Shown piece after piece: positions 56,786 through 64,000 of a DNA stretch of 64,000 nucleotides. The position numbers and the translations under genes were made by a program. The notes beneath the pieces are model-generated. The model saw nothing but the letters and a program-made list of their open reading frames with translations, was not told the DNA's origin and made no database searches. The number at the start of each line of letters is the position of its first letter. Positions within the stretch are counted from its first letter, which is position 1. The stretch covers positions 102,676 through 166,675 of the forward strand of contig JAGAVJ010000021.1 in the NCBI GenBank assembly GCA_017942005.1, written 5' to 3'. The stretch is from Clostridia bacterium (GTDB lineage Bacteria > Bacillota > Clostridia > Oscillospirales > CAG-272).

Positions 56786-59407
56786 TCAAGCCTCTGTATG
56801 CATTTCTTTTGATACGACAAGTGCTCCTTGCCGTACCCGGACAAAGACGGCGTCTCCTTTTCCAAAAGACCCACACAGAATTCCATCTGTCAGAGGTGTC
56901 TCTATTTCGTCGGCGATTATACGGCGGATGGGACGCGCACCAAACGCAGCTGCCTGTAACATGGCATGTTCCGCAAGCACTCGAACGGCAGGTTCTGTGA
57001 CATGCAGGGTAATGTTGTTTTCTGCGGCGCGGAGAACGGCATTGTTGATTTCCAGGCGGCAGATTTCTGTAATGCTGTCTTTTGACAGCGGTGCGAAGGG
57101 AATGACCGCGTCAAAACGGTTGAGAAACTCCACAGGGAACACATCGCGCAAGGATTGTGGTATAATATTTTCCTGCAAGGAAGAGGCTGCCGTGTCGCTT
57201 TCTGCGGTAAAACCGACGGCGGCGGTATGCTTTTCTTTTGTCCCTGCATTGGTTGTCATCACAATTATGGTATGTCGGAAATCCACACCGCGTCCATGAC
57301 TGTCGGTCAGGTGGCCTTCATCCAGCATTTGCAAAAACAAATGCAGTACATCGGGATGCGCCTTTTCAATTTCATCAAACAGCAATAGAGAAAACGGCTT
57401 GTGGTGTACCGCTTCTGTCAGCGTACCGCCTGCATCGTAACCGACATAGCCAGGCGGTGCGCCGATCAAAGCAGAAACGGCGTGCTTTTCCATATATTCG
57501 GACATATCAAAGCGAATCAGCCGGTCGCCTGTACCAAAGACCGCATTTGCCAGAGCCTTGCAGAGCGCGGTTTTCCCAACACCCGTCGGTCCGTAAAATA
57601 AAAAGGATGCGGCAGGACGATTTGCATCGCGCATTCCCACACGCAGACGGCGGTATGCGGCAGCAGTACGGGAAATGGCATCCGGTTGTCCGATGACTGA
57701 TGCAGAAAGGACGGATTCCAGTGAGGAAAGATCGCTCGATTCCTCTGCATCCGGATGTGCGCAGGCGGGAATGCCGGTGCGCAGGGTGACGACAGCGGCG
57801 ATATCGTCCGGCGTCACAGATATCGACTGCTGCATGGATGTGGGTGGACATATCAGCGTTGATGTGGGCGCGGCGGCGCTGTGCATGATCTCTTCCGCTT
57901 TGGCAAGATCGCCGTGCGATAGGGCTTGATCCCGCTGGTAAAGCGGATGGCTTTGTCTGTTTGTGTCCGGTACGGTATTGTTTTTCATGCATCGCTCGGA
58001 GCATTCCAGACGTTTTGCTGCACAGGCATCGTCCAAAAGATCAATGGCTTTGTCCGGCAGATAGAAATCAGGGAGATAGCGGACGCTGTACTGAATCGCG
58101 GCTGACAGCGTTTCATCCGGAATGGAAATTTTATGATGTGCTTCCATTTTGGGGCGGACGGCAGACAGCATGACGAATGCGGTATCGGCGTCCGGTTCTT
58201 CAACGGCAACAGTCTGAAACCGCCTTGCCATGGCAGCGTCCGCTTCAATGGTACGGCGGTATTCTGTACGTGTTGTCGCGCCGATAAACCGGAATGCGCC
58301 GCGGGAGAGCGCAGGCTTTAATAAATTGGCAGCATCCATGGCGCCTTCTGCTGCACCCGCTCCCATCAGCATATGGATTTCGTCCAGAAAGAGAATCACA
58401 TCCGGATGCGCTGCACAATAATGGATGACGGAGCGCAGCCGTTCTTCAAAGTCTCCGCGGTATTTTGCACCGGCGACCAGCGCCCCTAAATCCAAAGACA
58501 GGATTCTTGTATCCCGCAGCATATCCGGAACTTCGTTTGTCACAATGCGATGTGCAAGTCCCTCTACAATGGCAGTTTTTCCGACCCCTGCTTCTCCGAT
58601 GAGGCAGGGGTTATTTTTCTGGCGGCGCATCAGGATTCGTATCACCTGTGCAGTTTCTCTGTCACGCCCAACGGTCGGATTTCTGCTGTACGTTTCTTCT
58701 TCCATGGCATCGGCGGTCATATCGTGCAGATACTGTTCTGGGGAGACGGCGTGTGCCGCATTGTCGGTTTGCGGCGCTGCTTTTTTCGCTGTATCAGAGG
58801 AACCTCTCTTTTTTTCGGCTTCTTTTGACAGGATGCTGGTTTCTGCTGTGACGGCAGAGAGAAAGGAAAGAATATCGCCGTACAGCTCGTGCATGGGAAC
58901 ATTCTGTGCAGAGATCATATGTGCGGCAACGGAATCTGTTTCGCACAAAAGCGCAAACAAAAGGTGTTCTGTTCCGATACAGGCATTTTTCATATCGTCA
59001 TCACCGACTGCCGGAAACCGTTTTGCTTCTTCCTCTGCGCGTAAAAGAATGCGGTGGAGCATGGGGGTCTGTTTGCGGCTTGCGTCGTGTGCAGGTGCGG
59101 TATTTTCTGCTGTTATTCTCCGAGGCGGCTGTGTGTTTTCATAAACTGCCATTTGATCGCGGATGCCTTTTTCCGTAATGCCATGGGCGAAAAGAAGACG
59201 TGCGGCGATACAACGCTCCTTTGGTGCGTCGGTTGTATTTTTATTGAAATTTTCTGACGCAGCAGTACATTCTGTGGTCAAAAGAGATAAAAGAAGGTGT
59301 TCTGTTCCAATATATGCATGGTGGTATTCTTCAGAAATCCGTGCGGCGTTATGCAAAACCGCTTCTGCCGCGGGAGTAAAAAGGGTATCCAGTTTGATCA
59401 TCCCCAA
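56786..59407 (-). CDS. ClpC-like AAA+ ATPase (divergent)
   Basis: Two Clp-N repeats (IGTEHLL), GEAGVGKT / [13 protein letters not shown] / FDEIEK, VGF loop. Confidence 0.9.
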   Translation of the reverse strand: MGMIKLDTLFTPAAEAVLHNAARISEEYHHAYIGTEHLLLSLLTTECTAASENFNKNTTDAPKERCIAARLLFAHGITEKGIRDQMAVYENTQPPRRITAENTAPAHDASRKQTPMLHRILLRAEEEAKRFPAVGDDDMKNACIGTEHLLFALLCETDSVAAHMISAQNVPMHELYGDILSFLSAVTAETSILSKEAEKKRGSSDTAKKAAPQTDNAAHAVSPEQYLHDMTADAMEEETYSRNPTVGRDRETAQVIRILMRRQKNNPCLIGEAGVGKTAIVEGLAHRIVTNEVPDMLRDTRILSLDLGALVAGAKYRGDFEERLRSVIHYCAAHPDVILFLDEIHMLMGAGAAEGAMDAANLLKPALSRGAFRFIGATTRTEYRRTIEADAAMARRFQTVAVEEPDADTAFVMLSAVRPKMEAHHKISIPDETLSAAIQYSVRYLPDFYLPDKAIDLLDDACAAKRLECSERCMKNNTVPDTNRQSHPLYQRDQALSHGDLAKAEEIMHSAAAPTSTLICPPTSMQQSISVTPDDIAAVVTLRTGIPACAHPDAEESSDLSSLESVLSASVIGQPDAISRTAAAYRRLRVGMRDANRPAASFLFYGPTGVGKTALCKALANAVFGTGDRLIRFDMSEYMEKHAVSALIGAPPGYVGYDAGGTLTEAVHHKPFSLLLFDEIEKAHPDVLHLFLQMLDEGHLTDSHGRGVDFRHTIIVMTTNAGTKEKHTAAVGFTAESDTAASSLQENIIPQSLRDVFPVEFLNRFDAVIPFAPLSKDSITEICRLEINNAVLRAAENNITLHVTEPAVRVLAEHAMLQAAAFGARPIRRIIADEIETPLTDGILCGSFGKGDAVFVRVRQGALVVSKEMHTEA

Positions 59408-59484
59408 TCATTTGCTTTCTTTTAGCATACCGCGCAGGGCACCCAAATATGCGCATGAATGGGGAGAAATCGGAAAAAAATCGG

Positions 59485-60018
59485 TTATGCTTCACTGTTT
59501 TCGGAAATGATAATGCCATTGCGCAGAAGTTCTGCACCAAGCTGTGAGAAGAACGGTTCTTGATAATCTACAATCAGGGCATGTATCTGTGTGGCGGTCG
59601 TATGATAGTAAATCACCGCAGTTTCGCGGGCCGGCCATGAAGCCGTATGGTTATGATACCGCAGAGGATGCGGAAAGGGATGTTCTTTTGGTCCTTTGCA
59701 CGGTATTTTTATGTCACAAATATATCGGATATCAAGATCAAATACCAGCTGTCGTTTTCCAAACAGAATGCGTTCTACACGGAAAAAACGGTCGGACACG
59801 CAGTATTCATAGGATACCATACCGAACCGGAATAAAAATGCAAAAGCGGCGAGGATGAGTCCCCATGCGAGAATTTTAAAGCAGAACAGGCTTGCAGAGG
59901 AAATCAGCGGTGTCACCATAAGCAAAATGACGATACCGGATGCGAGCAGGGATAAAGAGAAGAGCAGGGTTCTGCCAATGAATTTTTTCGGTTGAAAACG
60001 CAGATAACGGTTTGTCAT
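59485..60018 (-). CDS. Hypothetical membrane protein (2 TM plus soluble domain)
   Basis: Two hydrophobic helices, then YEY...F.V.RI; same strand as its neighbours. Confidence 0.6.
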   Translation of the reverse strand: MTNRYLRFQPKKFIGRTLLFSLSLLASGIVILLMVTPLISSASLFCFKILAWGLILAAFAFLFRFGMVSYEYCVSDRFFRVERILFGKRQLVFDLDIRYICDIKIPCKGPKEHPFPHPLRYHNHTASWPARETAVIYYHTTATQIHALIVDYQEPFFSQLGAELLRNGIIISENSEA

Positions 60019-60029
60019 AGGTGATTTAT

Positions 60030-60085
60030 GGGGAAAACTTTTTTATAAAAAAGATTTTCCCCAAACCCCTTTCAAAAAATTTCAT
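60030..60085 (+). repeat. Divergent REP-like palindrome
   Basis: GGGGAAAA-CTTTTTTATAAAAAAG-A-TTTTCCCC-AAACCCC...AAAAATTT; same architecture as the 7204 family. Confidence 0.55.
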
Positions 60086-60130
60086 AGGGGACAAATTCAA
60101 ACAAAATTTTTAAAATTTTGAGGGATGAAA

Positions 60131-62095
60131 TTACAGCGCTGCGATTGTGTAGAACCACACCGCGCCGCTGCGTTTTTCCAGTGAGAGCGGGATCCCTTCC
60201 TCCAGCTGTGCGCCGGTCAGCTGCATCATATCTCCGGTTTCCATATTCTCAAAGAAATATACGGCATCGGGGTCATGTGTCACCATGTGCAGAAGGAACG
60301 GTTCTTCTTCTGTTTTTGCATATCGTATGATCTGTACAAAGCCGTCGCCTGCATCCGGGTCGTCAAACTGCATGGCGTAATACTGTGTCGGGTCGGCATT
60401 GCATGCGGTCAGCGGATAATAATCTGCACGCAGCTCCAGTTCCGCAGCGCGCCGCCAGATGGGAAGCATGACGGAAGCGGTTTCGTACTCTTCTTCCGGT
60501 GCGTCGTAGGTGGTCATATTGGTCAATGCGGGGGCAAGTGCGCAGTGGAACGCGAAACGGTCGACCAGACGGGATGCATTGTTGATATACATTCCGTTTT
60601 CGTCATCCCAGCTCATATTATGTGCACGGAAATAGGGAATCCATTCAAACATCAGCCGATGCTGCTTATGCTTAATCGGGTGGTTTCCGTAGCCGACATC
60701 CGTATAGTGCAGCGGGACGGCACGGCGCATGGTATCAAGGTCATTGCGTCTTCCGCCGGATGCGCAGGAATCAATCCACAGACCGGGATTGCGGTCAAGC
60801 AGTGTGTCCCAATAGCGCAGATACCCTTGTACATGCAGATTTTCAAGCGCACCGATACGGTCTTCCGCTTCATACTGTTCCCAATATTCCGCCGGAGAAA
60901 AATTGAAATCCTGCCGGTAAATACGGACATGGAAGGATTTGATCAAATGATCCACATGGTCAATCAGCCAGTCGCATGCCGCAGGATTGCCGAGATTGAA
61001 CAGTGCATTGACGGAATCGTTAGTAAATAGCCATTCTGGATGGTGATCGTAAATCCAGGTATTCTTTTGTACCCGTTCCGGCTCAAACCAGAGGAGCAGC
61101 TGCACATCACGGTCGTCACACGCCTGTCCGATTTCGGAAAGCGTCCCCGGGAACCGATTTAAATCGGCTTCCCATGTTCCGGTATGCGGCCATTCTCCAT
61201 TGCATGGATACCAACCCGCATCAATCCACCAGATATCGGGTTTCATGCCGCGTGCGATATATTGGTGAAGTCCTTTGATCTGATGCTCTGTGGTTGTCCC
61301 GGTAAATTCCGGACCGCCGTCGCAGAAAACATGCATGCAAAGCTTTGGCGGAAGAGGACTGCCGTTTTCTTTGGGCAGAATGTGCGCAAAGTAAAACTGG
61401 CGCCAGGCGTTGCGTCCGCGTACCGTGTTTCCTGCGTATGCCTGCATGGTCACGCGCGGGGTACGGATAACCTCTCCCGGCAGAATGGACATGTGGCATC
61501 GGCGCTGTCCGACAGAAAGGGAAACGCCGTCACGTTCTCCTCTGAAATCCGCCTGCCAGCCGGCGGTAAAGCCGATGGCAAGGTTTACACCAAAGCTGTC
61601 AAAGGAGAGGCGCATATACGGACCGGCACCGCAGCATGAGGTGCCGCCGAAAGGCGAGAGGGAAACCGAGGCGCCGTTTTCCATACCGGTTTCCGTGATG
61701 GTATAGCCGTCCGGGGTGCAGGTATCACCATTGTTATGCTCTAAAATACAGTTGTTTCCGTGAATGGTACCATTGATGATTTTGATATCGGAAACAATCG
61801 GGGATGCATGATCGGTATCGTTTTCAAAATATGCAATCCAGTCTGTGACGGAAAAGTCACGGTAGATCATCGCCTCAAGGCGGATCAGAAGACCGCTTGC
61901 ATGACGTCCTGTGACGGTATATAAAATCACCGATGCATCAATCTGTGTACGCTTGACCTTGGGATGGAAGCTCTCCGGAATTCCCCGATACGGAATTCCG
62001 TCAATATAAAAAGAGATGGGGCAGCTTTCCGGTTTTTTAAACGGAAAGAGATTGGATTGCAGAGCCATATCGGCAGATGTTGTATGGTTTTTCAT
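60131..62095 (-). CDS. GH36-like alpha-galactosidase
   Basis: WWIDAGW, LWFEPE, YRQDFN, DSCASGGRR. Confidence 0.88.
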   Translation of the reverse strand: MKNHTTSADMALQSNLFPFKKPESCPISFYIDGIPYRGIPESFHPKVKRTQIDASVILYTVTGRHASGLLIRLEAMIYRDFSVTDWIAYFENDTDHASPIVSDIKIINGTIHGNNCILEHNNGDTCTPDGYTITETGMENGASVSLSPFGGTSCCGAGPYMRLSFDSFGVNLAIGFTAGWQADFRGERDGVSLSVGQRRCHMSILPGEVIRTPRVTMQAYAGNTVRGRNAWRQFYFAHILPKENGSPLPPKLCMHVFCDGGPEFTGTTTEHQIKGLHQYIARGMKPDIWWIDAGWYPCNGEWPHTGTWEADLNRFPGTLSEIGQACDDRDVQLLLWFEPERVQKNTWIYDHHPEWLFTNDSVNALFNLGNPAACDWLIDHVDHLIKSFHVRIYRQDFNFSPAEYWEQYEAEDRIGALENLHVQGYLRYWDTLLDRNPGLWIDSCASGGRRNDLDTMRRAVPLHYTDVGYGNHPIKHKQHRLMFEWIPYFRAHNMSWDDENGMYINNASRLVDRFAFHCALAPALTNMTTYDAPEEEYETASVMLPIWRRAAELELRADYYPLTACNADPTQYYAMQFDDPDAGDGFVQIIRYAKTEEEPFLLHMVTHDPDAVYFFENMETGDMMQLTGAQLEEGIPLSLEKRSGAVWFYTIAAL

Positions 62096-62311
62096 GCATA
62101 AATACCAAAAGTCCTTTCAAAATCGTACCCGGTCGGCGTTTTTAGAATCATTTCCATTCCTGGAATAAATTCCGTGCGGGGAATATATTCCGTGCCGCCA
62201 GCATATATATATTGTACTACATTTTTATGGGATTTGCAAGACATAACGGAAAATCTGCCGTCGTGTTTTTCATAGGAAAAGTCACGATCTTTGATTGAAA
62301 AAATGGTGCTT

Positions 62312-63391
62312 ATGAGAATTTTAATGTTCATTTTTTCCCTTTTGGTTTCTATATTGCTGCTGGTTCCTGCTTTGGTATGCGGGACAAGCGGTGAAAAGCA
62401 GACAGAAATCGCCGTGCAGAATGCCGTGCAGAATGCAGTGCAGACGGCGTCGCAGGATGGAAGAGAACCGATAACCACAGAGCAGCATCCAAGTACCGAT
62501 TCTTCATCCGTTACAGAAATAACTGACGCCGTGGAGCCGACGTCAGAGCCGGGGCTTTCGCCTGTGATCAGCTTTCTGTCCCAGAAGACGGTTCCGTTTG
62601 AAGATCATGGCAGCCAAACGGAAATTGCGCTGGATGCATACGTACAAAGGGTATTGTGGGCGGAGGTTCCGGCATCCTTTTCCGATGAAGCATGGCGGGC
62701 GCTTGCCGTTGCGATTCGGACCTATGCGGTGTACTGCTATCTGCACGGTTTGGTGCTTTCACCGGACAGTGCAGTGTGTTGTGCTTATCTTACCGAAGAA
62801 GACGCTTTGGTCCAATTTGGCGACCGTTACGATCAAATATATCGGAAAGCTGTGTCAGCGGTACAGGATACGGCAGGAGAAGTTTTGTTGTGGGACGGAA
62901 CTGCTGCCTGTACCATGTTTCACGCAATGTCGTATCAGAATACCGCATCGGCAGAAGCGGTGCTTGGAAACGCAGTGCCGTATCTGGTATCCGTATCGAC
63001 GCCGGAACCGCAGGACACGTCCGGCATGATAACAGCTGCGGCGTTCAAGGAAGCATCGCTTCAAACGCTTCTGCATGTGGAACAGGCACTGCCGCTGACC
63101 GTAGAAGAAGACGGAGAGGGGCGTGTACAGTCGGTGATGACAGCGGACGGACACCGGATATCCGGAACCGAATTCCGGCAGCGGCTGTCTCTGCGTTCCA
63201 CAAATTTTAAAATTGTCATGCAGGATGCATCTTTAGGAGAGCTGTCATTGCAGGTGTTTGGATATGGACATGGCGTCGGTATGAGTCAATGGGGCGCGGA
63301 GTACATGGCACAGGCGGGAAACAGCTACGGGGAAATTCTTGCACACTATTATCCCGGATGTGAACGCAGCGTAAACTATGTGATTCCATAA
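62312..63391 (+). CDS. spoIID: SpoIID/LytB-family peptidoglycan lytic transglycosylase
   Basis: AEVPASF..EA..ALAVAIRTY, LRSTNF, GYGHGVGMSQWGA..MA..G....IL.HYYPG. Confidence 0.9.
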   Translation: MRILMFIFSLLVSILLLVPALVCGTSGEKQTEIAVQNAVQNAVQTASQDGREPITTEQHPSTDSSSVTEITDAVEPTSEPGLSPVISFLSQKTVPFEDHGSQTEIALDAYVQRVLWAEVPASFSDEAWRALAVAIRTYAVYCYLHGLVLSPDSAVCCAYLTEEDALVQFGDRYDQIYRKAVSAVQDTAGEVLLWDGTAACTMFHAMSYQNTASAEAVLGNAVPYLVSVSTPEPQDTSGMITAAAFKEASLQTLLHVEQALPLTVEEDGEGRVQSVMTADGHRISGTEFRQRLSLRSTNFKIVMQDASLGELSLQVFGYGHGVGMSQWGAEYMAQAGNSYGEILAHYYPGCERSVNYVIP

Positions 63392-63446
63392 AACGGCATC
63401 ATTGCTTTTTCTTCCATTTTGTGATATACTATATATACACAACGTA

Positions 63447-63494
63447 TGAAAGTTTTTGGGGGGTTCAGGGGGATTTTTTCAAAAATCCCCCTGA
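63447..63494 (-). repeat. Divergent REP-like palindrome
   Basis: Minus strand TCAGGGGGATTTTTGAAAAAATCCCCCTGAACCCCCCAAAAACTTT. Confidence 0.6.
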
Positions 63495-63572
63495 GAATAG
63501 AGACATCCCGATTTCTGTTTTGTATACGGTTTACATGGAAACGGAGTTACCATAGAAACGGAGCCAAGGGCG

Positions 63573-64000
63573 ATGAAAATTTTAATGACCACAATGAAAA
63601 TGGATATCGGAGGTGCGGAGACGCATATCCTTGAGCTTGCCAAAGCACTTGTGCGGCGCGGACACAGAGTTACGGTGGCGTCTGCCGGCGGGATGTTTGT
63701 CCCGGAGTTTCAGGCAGCGGGGATTGTGCATGTCATGGCGCCGCTGCACACCAGGCGGCCGGATCAGGTATTGCGGGCAGCATCCATTCTGCGCCGGCTG
63801 ATTCGTGACGGCGGATTTGATATCGTGCATGCCCATGCGCGGATTCCGGCGCTTTTGTGTCATCTTTTGTGCAGGCAGTATCATGTGCGTTTTGTCACCA
63901 CGGCACATCTGAACTTTCATGTTAATTTTTTATGGAAGCTGCTGTCCAGATGGGGAGAGCGAACGATTGCTGTCAGCGATGATATCAAGCAGTATCTGAT
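63573..64000 (+). CDS. GT4 glycosyltransferase, 3'-truncated by the window edge
   Basis: Translated by hand: MKILMTTMKMDIGGAETHILELAKAL..RGH.V.VAS.GG...DIVHAHARIP...TTAH...IAVS. Missing from the ORF track because there is no stop codon in the window. Confidence 0.88.
   Translation, partial: MKILMTTMKMDIGGAETHILELAKALVRRGHRVTVASAGGMFVPEFQAAGIVHVMAPLHTRRPDQVLRAASILRRLIRDGGFDIVHAHARIPALLCHLLCRQYHVRFVTTAHLNFHVNFLWKLLSRWGERTIAVSDDIKQYL

Noticed and set aside
62411-62446. 12-bp microrepeat in spoIID (AVQN AVQN AVQT)
   Set aside because: In-frame expansion in a low-complexity linker; cannot cause phase variation.

Overview
64 kb of chromosome from a spore-forming Clostridia-class Firmicute (Oscillospiraceae/Ruminococcaceae-like; inferred from SLH proteins, SpoIID, GSIII, reverse rubrerythrin and sigmaA/sigmaK/sigmaG-type promoters). 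Core genes include rimM-trmD-murJ, rpsU, GSIII, tRNA-Gln(CTG), lepB-rbgA-rnhB-yraN-thrC, tig-clpP-clpX, a ClpC-like ATPase and spoIID. AT-richer accessory stretches lie at about 1-13.6 kb and 30-43 kb. The best candidate for an undescribed system is at 1-6.2 kb. It reads: BspA-type LRR protein, SLH protein, two unannotated YxxP-leader micro-peptides (3300-3407, 3418-3477), HPr-kinase-like P-loop protein, PqqD/RRE, Ser-His S24/S26 peptidase, nucleotidyltransferase. This is a lasso-like RiPP tailoring cassette with no cyclase in view. The tail of the second peptide (IELPEIPLE) recurs at the predicted mature N-terminus of the SLH protein (IELPELPLE), which suggests a peptide-tag system tied to the cell surface. 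Other notable items: (i) a family of structured elements at translation starts that supply a Shine-Dalgarno separated from the ATG by a covarying hairpin; (ii) an orphan phage tail-fibre gene pair behind a consensus promoter with LexA-like boxes; (iii) a tRNA 3'-end duplication; (iv) a nonsense-inactivated DUF4160 toxin; (v) an MnxG-like multicopper oxidase with a His-to-Asn ligand change; (vi) a structured rubrerythrin leader. All family assignments come from motif recognition by eye; no searches were run.
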